This document shows positions 47,112 to 57,519 of a stretch of 59,656 nucleotides of DNA, one piece after another; position 1 is the first letter of the stretch; each line of letters opens with the position of its first letter. Under the pieces are notes generated by a model that saw only the letters and a list, made by a program, of their open reading frames with translations, did no database searches and had not been told where the DNA came from. A program made the position numbers and the translations under genes. This DNA is from an uncultured Dehalococcoidia bacterium (GTDB lineage Bacteria; Chloroflexota; Dehalococcoidia; Lucifugimonadales; UBA6927), in the NCBI GenBank assembly GCA_964637555.1, contig CAZWTJ010000002.1, forward strand, positions 1-59,656, in the 5' to 3' direction.

Positions 47112-48149
47112 ATGACAAAAATAATAATTGCAATTTTAAGTGCTTCAATATTCGCATCCGGAGGATGGCAACTAGGGTCCTACATTAGTGACGTTTGGTC
47201 TCCTGAAAACAAATTGCCTCTGATAATTGGACTATCATTTATGGGTGTAATTTTCGGAGGAATTTCGGGGCCACTGTTAATAATTAAAATTGCAAACCGG
47301 ATCACACGCTACAGTCAAGAATTCACAACTTCTAGGCTTCTTTCTATTTCACTTGGGATGCTGATTGGTTTGTTTTTAGGGTTAGGAATTTCATTGCCTT
47401 TTATTCAAATTTCTGGATGGATAGGAGTTGGACTACCACTGTTCATCAGTTTGTTTTCAGCATATGTAGGCGGTTTTATAATGATGTCTCCCAATAGGGA
47501 CATTTTTCAACAATGGTTAAAGATTTCTTCAAGCCCTCCACTCCTCCCAAATGAATATCTTATCGATACTAGTGCAATCATAGATGGAAGATTCAGTGAA
47601 CTAATAAAAAGTGAATATATTTCAGGACATATAGTGGTTCCAAACTTCATTCTGAAAGAATTGCAAAATATTGCCGATTCGTCAAACACTATTAAACGCG
47701 AACGTGGTAGAAGAGGATTAGACCTTCTAGACGATCTACAAAAAAATTATTCCGATGGAATTCAAATCTCACAGAAAAATGAAGCCAATCTTTCAGGTGA
47801 TGTAGACAACAAATTAATAGAATTCGCATTAGACCAGAAGATTACATTAATTACGACAGATTATAATCTAACTAGAGTCGCAGAACTAAGGGGAATTAAC
47901 GTTTTAAATATTCATACCCTAGCTTTTGCACTTAATCCAATAATATCAAACGGTGATAAAATAATTTTGGCCATCACTCAAGTAGGAACTGAATCAAATC
48001 AGGGTGTTGGCTATCTTGATGATGGAACTATGGTAGTTGTAGAGTCTGGAGAGCAATTTCTAAATACAAGTATTGAAGTAACTATTACAAGAATATTGCA
48101 AACCCCTACGGGATCTATGATGTTCGCAATCTCATCCGAGAATCCCTAA
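47112..48149 (+). CDS. yacL: PIN/TRAM domain membrane protein (YacL-like)
   Basis: N-terminal TM helices. PIN block LIDTSAIIDGRF...VVPNFILKELQNIADS...RERGRRGLDLLDDLQ. C-terminal TRAM-like domain. Bacillus-like position upstream of ispD. Confidence 0.75.
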   Translation: MTKIIIAILSASIFASGGWQLGSYISDVWSPENKLPLIIGLSFMGVIFGGISGPLLIIKIANRITRYSQEFTTSRLLSISLGMLIGLFLGLGISLPFIQISGWIGVGLPLFISLFSAYVGGFIMMSPNRDIFQQWLKISSSPPLLPNEYLIDTSAIIDGRFSELIKSEYISGHIVVPNFILKELQNIADSSNTIKRERGRRGLDLLDDLQKNYSDGIQISQKNEANLSGDVDNKLIEFALDQKITLITTDYNLTRVAELRGINVLNIHTLAFALNPIISNGDKIILAITQVGTESNQGVGYLDDGTMVVVESGEQFLNTSIEVTITRILQTPTGSMMFAISSENP

Positions 48150-48152
48150 AAG

Positions 48153-48890
48153 ATGATGCTGAAATCTAACAACCACAATTCTAAAACACCTAATACCTCG
48201 GCTATACTTCTTGCGGGAGGTACAAGTAATAGAATGGGCTCAAAAGACAAGATTTTATCAACGCTGGGTGAAATTCCCGTATTGTTTCATAGTTTAGAAA
48301 CGCTAAATTCTTCACCGGAAATACATTCGATTATCATAGTAGTACCCAAAGATAAAATACTTGCTTATCAAGAGAAAATTCCTAATGATAAATTCCCAAA
48401 AATCCAGAAGATTTGTGAAGGAGGAAATTCCAGACAGGAATCAGTTCAGGCTGGATTAAATTTTGTTCAATCTGTTAAATGGGTCCTGATACATGATGCA
48501 GCTAGACCTTTTATTTCTCAACATATGATTTCTGAAGCTACTGAAGCGGTGAAGGATACAGGTGCTGCAACGGCGGCAATTCCCATGACCGACACACTGA
48601 AACTATCAGAAGACGCTGGATTGAGCGTAAAACTTACAATTCAACGCGAAAAAATTTGGGCTGCACAAACACCACAAATTTTTTCAGTTGACATGCTTAA
48701 AAAGGCCCACGCTAATCCTCCAATATCTGATTTCAGTGATGACTCATCCTTAATTGAGGCTTCGGGTATAAAGGTAAAAATATTTTCAGGTTCCACCCAA
48801 AACATTAAAATAACTTTCCCTGCTGATTTGAAAATTGCGGAGGCTATTTTCAAATCTTTAAATCCTTACGATTACAAGGCAAATCAATGA
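48153..48890 (+). CDS. ispD: 2-C-methyl-D-erythritol 4-phosphate cytidylyltransferase
   Basis: AILLAGGTSNRMG, VLIHDAARPF and AQTPQIF blocks. Confidence 0.9.
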   Translation: MMLKSNNHNSKTPNTSAILLAGGTSNRMGSKDKILSTLGEIPVLFHSLETLNSSPEIHSIIIVVPKDKILAYQEKIPNDKFPKIQKICEGGNSRQESVQAGLNFVQSVKWVLIHDAARPFISQHMISEATEAVKDTGAATAAIPMTDTLKLSEDAGLSVKLTIQREKIWAAQTPQIFSVDMLKKAHANPPISDFSDDSSLIEASGIKVKIFSGSTQNIKITFPADLKIAEAIFKSLNPYDYKANQ

Positions 48891-49369
48891 CACAACGATG
48901 CGGAATAGGGTTTGATGTTCACCCGCTTAAACCTAATCTAGATCTCATACTTGGCGGAACTAAAATCCCACACCACTCTGGATTACAAGGTCACTCTGAT
49001 GGTGATGTATTAATCCATGCAATAATTGATTCGTTGTTAGGAGCAGCCGGATTAGGAGATATAGGAAAACACTTCCCAAAGAATCATCCCGATTTGAAAA
49101 ATATCAAGAGTACTTTAATGCTAAGTCAAACATATCAATTACTGAAATCATCAAAATGGCGAGTAATCAATGTGGATGCTACAATAATCGCCGAGGAGCC
49201 AACGATTAGCCCATATGCACAGTCAATGTCAAACGTGATTGCAGCTGAAATCGCAATAGATCCAAATGCAGTTAACATAAAATCTACAACTTCAGACAAC
49301 CTAGGATTTACGGGTAGAAAAGAAGGAATAGCAGCCATATCAATAGCTACAATTCAAGTGCTGAAATGA
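48887..49369 (+). CDS. ispF: 2-C-methyl-D-erythritol 2,4-cyclodiphosphate synthase
   Basis: GIGFDVHPL, GHSDGDVLIHAI and GDIGKHFP blocks. ATGA overlaps on both sides. Confidence 0.95.
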   Translation: MTQRCGIGFDVHPLKPNLDLILGGTKIPHHSGLQGHSDGDVLIHAIIDSLLGAAGLGDIGKHFPKNHPDLKNIKSTLMLSQTYQLLKSSKWRVINVDATIIAEEPTISPYAQSMSNVIAAEIAIDPNAVNIKSTTSDNLGFTGRKEGIAAISIATIQVLK

Positions 49370-50739
49370 ACCTATTTAATACACTCACAATGACAAAAGA
49401 GCCTTTTACTCCATCAAATAATGATGTGAAAATGTATGTATGTGGAATAACTCCATACGCACCTGCTCACATTGGGCATGCCATGGTATCAATAGTTTTT
49501 GATGTTCTCAGAAGATATTTGGAACACAAAGGGTTCGCTGTAACTCACATACAGAATTTTACTGACGTTGACGACAAGATGATCCAAGCAGCATCGAAAT
49601 CTGGCGATACAGTCCTTGAGATCGCCGAAAAGAATATCGCTTCATATATGATGGAAATGGATCAATTGAACATTTTGAGGGCGACAGCATATCCTAGAGC
49701 CACATTGGAAATAAATTCTATAATTAATTTAATAGAAGGTCTGATAAACAAGGAATATGCATACAATATTGATGGCGATGTGTTTTTTAGGGTCAAAAAA
49801 TCAATAGATTATGGGAAACTCAGCCATCGTAAAATTTCAGATTTGTTGGCAGGCGCAAGAATAGAAGTAGATGAAAGAAAAGAATACCCAGGGGACTTCG
49901 CACTATGGAAAAAAACCATAGTGGATACAGACCCCTCATGGGAGAGCCCTTGGGGCTATGGCAGACCCGGTTGGCATATTGAATGTAGCGCGATGGCAAC
50001 AACTTACTTAGGAGACATGATTGATATTCACGGTGGTGGTCAAGATTTAATTTTCCCACATCATGAAAATGAAATCGCCCAATCCGAATCATTCTCTGAT
50101 AAAAAACCTTACGCAAAATTTTGGTTGCACAATGGTATGCTCAGGCTGGGACATGAAAAAATGAGCAAATCAGTGGGTAACATTATTTCAATTTCAGAGG
50201 CACTAAATAAATTCTCTTCTGATGCTATACGATTATTTTTTCTAACTTCCCACTATAGAGATCCAATCACATATTCTGAAGAAAATGTGATTTCACAAGA
50301 ACGCGCATTGGAAAGATTAATCAACGCGTCCCAATTAGAGCCACGAGGATCTACAGAGGTCAAGTTCAATACAGATTCTTATGTTCAGCAATTCAACATG
50401 GCAATGGACGATGATTTAAACACTCCTAGAGCCCTATCCGTGTTATTTAATATAGCAAGAGATATCAACCGCAATCAATCAATCTCAAAGACATTAGAAC
50501 CTCTGCAATCAACCTTAAAAATGTTGTCATCAGTTTTAGGATTGTCGCTTACCAAGCATGAATCTATTCAAACAAATGACTCAAGCGAAGACCTGATTAA
50601 CTTACTAATTGAAATTCGATCTGACATGAGGAAATCCAAACAATTTGAGGCTGCAGACAAAATTCGAGATGGACTAGAAAAATTAAATGTGCTAATTGAA
50701 GACCACAACAATGGAACCGATTGGAAATTCTCTAATTAA
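49366..50739 (+). CDS. cysS: Cysteine--tRNA ligase
   Basis: Class I signatures HIGHA and KMSKS. GWHIECSAM zinc/cysteine-binding block. Confidence 0.95.
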   Translation: MNLFNTLTMTKEPFTPSNNDVKMYVCGITPYAPAHIGHAMVSIVFDVLRRYLEHKGFAVTHIQNFTDVDDKMIQAASKSGDTVLEIAEKNIASYMMEMDQLNILRATAYPRATLEINSIINLIEGLINKEYAYNIDGDVFFRVKKSIDYGKLSHRKISDLLAGARIEVDERKEYPGDFALWKKTIVDTDPSWESPWGYGRPGWHIECSAMATTYLGDMIDIHGGGQDLIFPHHENEIAQSESFSDKKPYAKFWLHNGMLRLGHEKMSKSVGNIISISEALNKFSSDAIRLFFLTSHYRDPITYSEENVISQERALERLINASQLEPRGSTEVKFNTDSYVQQFNMAMDDDLNTPRALSVLFNIARDINRNQSISKTLEPLQSTLKMLSSVLGLSLTKHESIQTNDSSEDLINLLIEIRSDMRKSKQFEAADKIRDGLEKLNVLIEDHNNGTDWKFSN

Positions 50740-50743
50740 CTAT

Positions 50744-51760
50744 CTAGCAACCAACTCTCTCAAAAACTTGGACTCTATGTCGATTCCCGTCAGTTACATA
50801 TAATCTGCCTGTAGAATCTAATTCCACAGATACTGGCCCCCAAAAAAGTTTTTCAACATGAGCGGATTCTCGATGAGGATCTCCTAAATCAGAAAAATCT
50901 ACCCCTGCCACAGGTTCTAAATTAGCAGTTTCCCTAGCATCCCTTTCATCAACATTACTTTCCATAAAACTCTGTGCCCATTTAGACAGTGTAGCTTCAC
51001 CTCTCAACATTTGATGAAAATTTCCCTGCTCGTTAAAAATCTGCACCCTTTCATTACCCCAATCCGCTACATAAGAATAACCAAACTCGTCTACCGCCAC
51101 ACCAGAAGGTCTAAGTAATTGTCCTTCTCCCTTGCCTGAAGACCCAATAGTGGAGATATATTCACCTTCTGAAGAAAATCTCTGAATTCTATCATTACCC
51201 CAGTCAGCTACATATATTTCGCCTGTGTGAGAAATTTCTATCCCCCATGGAAGATTAAATTGTCCTGGGTTTGATCCATTGGATCCAAAAGATTCCATAA
51301 AGATACCCTCATCAGAATACTTTTGAACCCTATGATTGTGAGTGTCTGAAACATAAATGTTGTTTTGCGTATCCACAGCAATACCTGAAGGCCCGTCAAA
51401 TTCTGCTATACCAGAGCCAGACTGTCCCCAAGCAGAAAGAAAATTTCCATCACTATCAAATCGTTTTACCTGATGAACGAAATCATCGGTAATGTAAATT
51501 GAACCAAAATTATCTTCTGTTAAACATGTTGGAGAAAAAAGATTTTGATCAGAAATTTCTGAAAACCCAAATGTCCCATAAAACTCGCTATCTAGATCCA
51601 ATACAGTTACCCTAATCCCTCCCTGTCCAGAAGTTAATGCGGGAGCTCTAGATCGATTTGCAACATATATTTTCCCATTTTTAGCAGCAACCAAGTCTGT
51701 AGGGTATTCAAAACCTCTGCCTCTCATGGCCAATATACCCAGTGTTAAACTATATTTCAC
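50744..51760 (-). CDS. NHL-repeat beta-propeller protein
   Basis: Repeated blades YVSDTHNHRVQKY, YVADWGNDRIQRF, YVADWGNERVQIF and YVTDGNRHRVQVF. Confidence 0.7.
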   Translation of the reverse strand: MKYSLTLGILAMRGRGFEYPTDLVAAKNGKIYVANRSRAPALTSGQGGIRVTVLDLDSEFYGTFGFSEISDQNLFSPTCLTEDNFGSIYITDDFVHQVKRFDSDGNFLSAWGQSGSGIAEFDGPSGIAVDTQNNIYVSDTHNHRVQKYSDEGIFMESFGSNGSNPGQFNLPWGIEISHTGEIYVADWGNDRIQRFSSEGEYISTIGSSGKGEGQLLRPSGVAVDEFGYSYVADWGNERVQIFNEQGNFHQMLRGEATLSKWAQSFMESNVDERDARETANLEPVAGVDFSDLGDPHRESAHVEKLFWGPVSVELDSTGRLYVTDGNRHRVQVFERVGC

Positions 51761-51817
51761 AAGAGGAGTTGTAATTTCTTAATACCATCATTTCTACAAT
51801 TTCAGTAAAACAAAATA

Positions 51818-53221
51818 TCAAATTCTTTGAAATTCATCGGAAACAGCTGCAAGACGAATTAATTGTGGAAACTTTTCTTTCTGACCTAAACATTCATTGG
51901 CAAATTCAACCAAAATTTCTTCCGTCTCACTAGAAACTTCAAGACCACCTAATTCATCTAAACATTTTTCTACTAAATCATCCGAGGAAAAATCTCCAGA
52001 TGCTTCAAATAATTTATCTACAATTTTACTGACACCTGGTTTGGCAATATCTCCAAATTGTTCTGACAAGAAATTCAACCTCTCAAGTAGAGTGCCACTA
52101 TCAATCCACTCAAGGCCTTGATGCCAACCTTCAACAGTAAAAGGATTATTCAAGAATTGACCCATCCATCCAATTTGAACGTTCCGAATTACCATCTCAT
52201 ATCTTGGCCGATCAAATTCTTCTGTCATTCTAAGCGTTCCTACTACTAATTCTGTTGGACTCTTTATTTTCTGATAACGGATTTTCTCATCTTTGAAAAA
52301 ATCTGAATTAAATAGCACCCTTAACATATGTTTTATATCATAGGAACTATCAAAATACGCATCTACTAAAATCTGAATCGCCTCTGGGTCTTGTGGGGGA
52401 ACGTAAGGCCATGATGGAACCGAAGGCTCATCGGAGACAAAGAAATTATATAAATGTCGAGCTATAAATCTTGCTGTAGACTCTTGCTCACAAATTATCC
52501 TTATAATTTCTTCCCCATTAAATTCACCAGAATGACCTAAAAATTCTTTGACCCCTTCATCATGATCGTCTTCTCTATAATCAAAGAAATAATTAATCCT
52601 CCCATAAGGCCAATCTGAATCTTTTTTGGATCGAGCCATCATGTATTCTGTATTGCCAATTGTCCATCCTGTGAACGCTCTAGCGCATTCTTTTATATCA
52701 GTCTCTGTATAATTCCCCACACCCATCGAAAATAACTCTAAAAGCTCGCGACCCCAATTCTCATTAATCGCGCCTTTGTGATTATCTTGGTTATCCAACC
52801 AAACAATCATAGCCGGATTCTTTGAAAGCTCTAACAAAAGACGATCAAATTTGCCTAGAGAATGTGCTCTAAACATCTGGATTTGTTCGTGCAATACTCT
52901 ACCATTAATAACTTTATCATCGCCTGTAGCAAAAAGTTGATGCCAAAACAAAGTCATCTTTTCTTTTAAAGGAGAATTGGTCGTTATCATCCTATACAAC
53001 CAATTTCTTGCGGATCCGGGATAATTAATCATCCCAGAGGCCTCATGATCAAATCTCCTGACCATGAATTCGCCGACCCAAGAATCATCTTCTGAATCTA
53101 ACAAATAATCTACAGTATTTTCATAACCCATAGATACATATTGATCGGCCTCATCCCTGGTAGATCCAAAAGCTGCTCGCCTAAGTAAATGTTCAACCAA
53201 CTTCACTTCAGGAAGACTCAT
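51818..53221 (-). CDS. DUF1800 family protein
   Basis: HLLRRAAFG N-terminus, TLFWHQLFATG, and WLDNQDNHKGAINENWGRELLELFSMGVGNYTETDIKECARAFTGW, all characteristic of DUF1800. Confidence 0.65.
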   Translation of the reverse strand: MSLPEVKLVEHLLRRAAFGSTRDEADQYVSMGYENTVDYLLDSEDDSWVGEFMVRRFDHEASGMINYPGSARNWLYRMITTNSPLKEKMTLFWHQLFATGDDKVINGRVLHEQIQMFRAHSLGKFDRLLLELSKNPAMIVWLDNQDNHKGAINENWGRELLELFSMGVGNYTETDIKECARAFTGWTIGNTEYMMARSKKDSDWPYGRINYFFDYREDDHDEGVKEFLGHSGEFNGEEIIRIICEQESTARFIARHLYNFFVSDEPSVPSWPYVPPQDPEAIQILVDAYFDSSYDIKHMLRVLFNSDFFKDEKIRYQKIKSPTELVVGTLRMTEEFDRPRYEMVIRNVQIGWMGQFLNNPFTVEGWHQGLEWIDSGTLLERLNFLSEQFGDIAKPGVSKIVDKLFEASGDFSSDDLVEKCLDELGGLEVSSETEEILVEFANECLGQKEKFPQLIRLAAVSDEFQRI

Positions 53222-53292
53222 AACCCGCTCCTATGGGATAACAAAATGAAATAAAATCATTTTGTAGATACTATCTAACGCACCTGATAAAA

Positions 53293-53523
53293 TCAAATTC
53301 TGTTAGTAGCGCTCACAATTGAAATCGCAACAAATACAACCGCTAACACAATAGTAAAGCGAAATAAAATTTGTTCCATCCCACGTCTAGTCCGAAAACC
53401 CCCATCGCCACCACCGAACAAACCGCCACCGCCAGCACCTCTAACTTGGAGCAAAATCAACACTACCAACAAAATAGAAATGAAACTTTGAATTATTACA
53501 ATTAAATTATCCATCGACCTCAT
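53293..53523 (-). CDS. secG: Preprotein translocase subunit SecG
   Basis: 76 aa with two TM helices flanking the Gly-rich loop LLQVRGAGGGGLFGGGDGG. Confidence 0.7.
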   Translation of the reverse strand: MRSMDNLIVIIQSFISILLVVLILLQVRGAGGGGLFGGGDGGFRTRRGMEQILFRFTIVLAVVFVAISIVSATNRI

Positions 53524-53552
53524 ACACTTCCATTAACTAGAGTTTATATCAA

Positions 53553-55028
53553 CTATCGAATTGCCTCAAGATGGGAAATGACTAATTCTCTAGCAATCTT
53601 TGGATTGGCTTTCCCTTGAGTTTCCTTCATAATCTGACCAATAAAAAACCCCACTACTGCGTCTTTACCCTCAAAATAATCACTCACAGACTTTGGATTT
53701 CCATCAATTATTCTTGATACTGCATCTTCGAGAATATTATTATCAGATATTTGAACCAACCCTTGCTCTTCAACTATTTGGGCCGGATTACGACCGGTTT
53801 CATAAACTACCTTGAATACATCCGTAGCCATATTGTTGCTTAACGATCCACTATTTATAAGTTGAACTAACTCTACAAGATGTGAAGGTTTTACTAGTAT
53901 TTCACTAATTACCTTCCCCTCATCATTCATGAGACTAAACAAATTCGTAATTATCCAATTTGATAATTGTTTAATCAGATTTTTATCAACTTTTGAATTA
54001 GCATCTAAAAGATCAACACAAGCGTCAAAAAAGTCAGATGTTTTTCTGTCAGTAGTAATCAAAACTGCGTTATCCATTGTCAAATCATACAAATCTATAT
54101 ATCGAACAATTCTTTGGGCTGGAAGTTCAGGAATTAGTTCTCCCAGTTCTGAAATCTGATTTCTGTCAAGAACTACGGGTAACAAATCTGGTTCAGGGAA
54201 ATATCTATAATCATGAGCAAACTCTTTACTTCTTTGTGAAAAAGTTATTTGCTTTTGCTCATTCCAACCACGAGTTTCTTGTTCAATTTTAGCTCCTGCA
54301 TCCAACAACTGTGACTGGCGATGTTGTTCAAACTCCAAGGCACTAAATACAGAACGAAAACTATTCATATTTTTAATTTCGACCTTTGTACCCAATTCTT
54401 TGACCCCAATATGGCGCAAACTAATATTTGCATCACACCTAAAATTACCCTCTTCCATGTTGGCTAAACTTGTTTCAATATATCTAACGATTTGGTGAAC
54501 TCTTTGCAGGTAACTTCTAGCTTCATATGGGCTATTCATTTCAGGCTCTGAAACAATTTCCATTAACGGTACCCCAGCACGGTTCATATCCATTAAAGTA
54601 TATCCATTACCTTGAGAATCCCGTCGGTGCATCAACTTCGCTGTATCTTCTTCCAGATGTATTCTATTGATATTAATAGATTTTTCATGTCCCTGAGAAG
54701 TCTCCACAGATAATTTACCATTTAACGCCAATGGCAAATCGAACTGCGATATTTGATATGCCTTCAAAAGATCAGGGTAATGATAATTCTTACGATCAAA
54801 TTTCGAATATCCTGAAATATTACAATTTAATGCCAAACCAGTTTTCACTACGTGTTCAATTGCTAGACGATTTATTTTTGGCATCACGCCAGGCATGCCC
54901 ATACATATGGGACATACAAATGTATTAGGTCTAGAATCTTGATAATCAGCAGCACAGCTGCAAAACATCTTGCTTTTAGTAAGCAACTGAGCATGAATCT
55001 CAAGGCCTATAACTGTTTCGTAATCCAT
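53553..55028 (-). CDS. gatB: Asp-tRNA(Asn)/Glu-tRNA(Gln) amidotransferase subunit B
   Basis: YETVIGLEIHAQL, CPICMGMPGVMP, NRAGVPLMEIVSEP and a C-terminal YqeY-like tail. Confidence 0.95.
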   Translation of the reverse strand: MDYETVIGLEIHAQLLTKSKMFCSCAADYQDSRPNTFVCPICMGMPGVMPKINRLAIEHVVKTGLALNCNISGYSKFDRKNYHYPDLLKAYQISQFDLPLALNGKLSVETSQGHEKSININRIHLEEDTAKLMHRRDSQGNGYTLMDMNRAGVPLMEIVSEPEMNSPYEARSYLQRVHQIVRYIETSLANMEEGNFRCDANISLRHIGVKELGTKVEIKNMNSFRSVFSALEFEQHRQSQLLDAGAKIEQETRGWNEQKQITFSQRSKEFAHDYRYFPEPDLLPVVLDRNQISELGELIPELPAQRIVRYIDLYDLTMDNAVLITTDRKTSDFFDACVDLLDANSKVDKNLIKQLSNWIITNLFSLMNDEGKVISEILVKPSHLVELVQLINSGSLSNNMATDVFKVVYETGRNPAQIVEEQGLVQISDNNILEDAVSRIIDGNPKSVSDYFEGKDAVVGFFIGQIMKETQGKANPKIARELVISHLEAIR

Positions 55029-55098
55029 TTTAAGCCTTAATAAAAATCGTGTGTTAAGTATATATTCTGTTCATCTAGCAAACAAGAGTTTCATAGCG

Positions 55099-55734
55099 TT
55101 AAAACATTTTTTCATTAAATTTCAACGGGACAAATTTGCAATGTCCAATCGTTTTTATCGATATTCCACTTGGTGATTTAGATATCAAAATTAGTTCCTG
55201 GCCAGATGAGCCCACAACGGGAGCAACCATTCTTCCAAATTTACTCAACTGGTCAACCAGTTGCATGGGTATTAATGGACATGCTGCAGACACAATGATT
55301 GCATCATAAGGAGCATTCGACTCAGAACCCCATTCACCAACTTCAACACTTACTATTGCTGTGGTGGAATAGCCTAAATCAATCAAACGACTCTTAGCAA
55401 GCTTGTACAAACCTGCAATGCATTCAGTAGTGGTTACTTTGTCACTTAAATTACTTAATATAGAAGCTTGGTACCCACTACCAGTGCCAATTTCCAAAAC
55501 ATTATCAAATTTGGAAATATTTAAACTATTAAGCATTGTGGCAATCATTGAAGGTTGAGAAATGGTCTGGTTAAACTCAATTGGAAGGGCCACATCTTCA
55601 TAAGACTTTAGCAAATCTTGCGACCTTACAAATTTCTCCCGTGGAACACTACCCATAGCATTAATTACTTTATGGTTATTAATGCTAGTTTGTATTTTTT
55701 CAAACAACGCGTATTTAGAGTCAAAAAGATTCAT
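55099..55734 (-). CDS. pcm: Protein-L-isoaspartate O-methyltransferase
   Basis: QTISQPSMIATML and the SAM motif VLEIGTGSGYQASIL. Confidence 0.85.
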   Translation of the reverse strand: MNLFDSKYALFEKIQTSINNHKVINAMGSVPREKFVRSQDLLKSYEDVALPIEFNQTISQPSMIATMLNSLNISKFDNVLEIGTGSGYQASILSNLSDKVTTTECIAGLYKLAKSRLIDLGYSTTAIVSVEVGEWGSESNAPYDAIIVSAACPLIPMQLVDQLSKFGRMVAPVVGSSGQELILISKSPSGISIKTIGHCKFVPLKFNEKMF

Positions 55735-55833
55735 CTACCTATCATTAAATCAAAATCTAATTAAACATGCTATGCCACATCTTCACTCGAACAGTATATA
55801 ATACCCAATATTGATTTTTATCTTATAAATGGT

Positions 55834-56583
55834 GTGAACTTGCCACAATATTATCCAGTTTTTCTAGACTTAAAAGGACGTAAAACCCTAATAATTGGGG
55901 GAGGTGATTTTTGTCAAGAAAAAGTGGAGGTTCTTCTGGGATACAATGCCGAAATAGAAATTGTTGCTACTCAAATCCCTGAAAAAGTTAAACCCTTGTG
56001 TCAAAAGAAAATTGTGAAATGGTCTAATCGCGAATTTATTCCTGAAGACCTTGATGACACATTTCTTGCAATAGTTGCAGACACATCAAATGAATTGTTA
56101 AATCAACAGGTATATGATGAAGCCAAAAAGCGGAATGTCCTGCTAAATGTGGTAGATGTCACACATCAATGTTCATTTATTACACCAGCAATAATAAATA
56201 GTGGTGAGGTTACGGCAGCCTTCTCTACAAGTGGTACAAGCCCTGCCCTAGCCAGAAAATTTCGAGAAGTACTTACAGGAAACCCTGTAGAATCTTCTCA
56301 TCCTGTAATGAATTACGCCATTTTAGCACCGTTGTTGGCTGATGTTAGAAACGAAATACGATCCAAAGGAATAAAACTTTACAATGACCACTGGCAAGCT
56401 TCCATTACTGACAAGTTAGTGAATTATATGAATGCTGGAAAGTATGAAAAGGCTAGGAAAGTATTATTAAATGACTTATTAGAAGGAATAAATTGCGAAT
56501 GTTCCAATAACATTTGCAAAAAATATGAGTCGAAAATGGAAATTGCGGCGGAACTAAAGAAAAATTCTCCTAAATGGAAATAA
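55834..56583 (+). CDS. sirC: Precorrin-2 dehydrogenase / sirohydrochlorin ferrochelatase (CysG N-terminal domain-like)
   Basis: YPVFLDLKGRKTLIIGGG Rossmann start and SPALARKFRE block. GTG start. Confidence 0.75.
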   Translation: MNLPQYYPVFLDLKGRKTLIIGGGDFCQEKVEVLLGYNAEIEIVATQIPEKVKPLCQKKIVKWSNREFIPEDLDDTFLAIVADTSNELLNQQVYDEAKKRNVLLNVVDVTHQCSFITPAIINSGEVTAAFSTSGTSPALARKFREVLTGNPVESSHPVMNYAILAPLLADVRNEIRSKGIKLYNDHWQASITDKLVNYMNAGKYEKARKVLLNDLLEGINCECSNNICKKYESKMEIAAELKKNSPKWK

Positions 56584-56586
56584 TCA

Positions 56587-57519
56587 ATGGACTATCCTTC
56601 AAAAGTATATTTAGGAACTCGATCTAGCCCATTGTCATTAATGCAAACAGATTATGTGTTAAACCTTCTAAGAACTAATCATCCAAATATTGAGTTCATA
56701 ATAGTCAAGTCCACAACTCGAGGGGATCAAAACAAAAATGCACCTCTTGAATCAATGGATAGAGGCATGTTTTCCTCTGATATTTCTTCAGCAGTTCTAT
56801 CAAAAACAATTGATTGTGCATTGCATTCAGCCAAAGATTTACCAGTAGTAGCAGGAACTGGATTGGTAATTGCAGGAGTTCCAAAACGATCAGATCCAAG
56901 GGACGTTTTAATTACAAAATGGAGACTTCCTTTAGATCAACTTCCTTCAGGTGCGAGATTAGGAACAAGCAGCTTAAGACGGAAAATCCAGATACAACAT
57001 ATCAGGCCAGATATTGAAATCCTTCCTATTAGAGGAAATGTAGGAACACGAATTGATAAAGCTATGAATTCCACTGACTACGATGGAGTAATCCTTGCAG
57101 CATCGGGACTCATACGACTAGGTATCCAAGACAAGATTGATCATTTTTTGCCAACTGAATTATGTACACCCGACATTGGCCAAGGTACACTGGTACTCGA
57201 AGCTCAAAAAGACAATATTTTACTTGCCGAAATCCTATCGAAAATTACTCATAGAGATACTTTGCTTGCTCTGACAGCTGAACGCAGTTTTGTTTCGGAG
57301 ATTGGTTCAAATTGCTCAACTCCGCATGCTGCTTTCGCTGAAGTATTTCAAGACTCTATTCAGATGCAGGTGATGGTAGCTTCTGAAAATTCTCGGGAAC
57401 TGTATAGGACCAAGATTTCATGTGACATTGATACACCAAATCAAGCAGGGAAAATTGCACTTACATCATTGATAAACCAAGGTGCTGATATCCCAACCAT
57501 GAGAGATAAAAATGACTAG
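56587..57519 (+). CDS. hemC: Hydroxymethylbilane synthase (porphobilinogen deaminase)
   Basis: LGTRSSPLSLMQT, HSAKDLP, GTSSLRR, RGNVGTRIDK and the cofactor Cys block IGSNCSTP. Confidence 0.9.
   Translation: MDYPSKVYLGTRSSPLSLMQTDYVLNLLRTNHPNIEFIIVKSTTRGDQNKNAPLESMDRGMFSSDISSAVLSKTIDCALHSAKDLPVVAGTGLVIAGVPKRSDPRDVLITKWRLPLDQLPSGARLGTSSLRRKIQIQHIRPDIEILPIRGNVGTRIDKAMNSTDYDGVILAASGLIRLGIQDKIDHFLPTELCTPDIGQGTLVLEAQKDNILLAEILSKITHRDTLLALTAERSFVSEIGSNCSTPHAAFAEVFQDSIQMQVMVASENSRELYRTKISCDIDTPNQAGKIALTSLINQGADIPTMRDKND

Noticed and set aside
47112-48149. PIN-domain protein as a VapC-type toxin of a toxin-antitoxin or defence module.
   Set aside because: It has N-terminal TM helices and a C-terminal TRAM-like domain. 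It sits in the conserved YacL position upstream of ispD-ispF with no small antitoxin ORF.
53241-53265. 9-bp-stem hairpin ACAAAATGA-AATAAAA-TCATTTTGT between secG and the DUF1800 gene, considered as an intrinsic terminator.
   Set aside because: The stem is almost entirely A/T, and no U-tract follows on the transcribed (minus) strand. The downstream sequence instead carries the AGGAG RBS of the next gene. It may be a weak RNA structure only.
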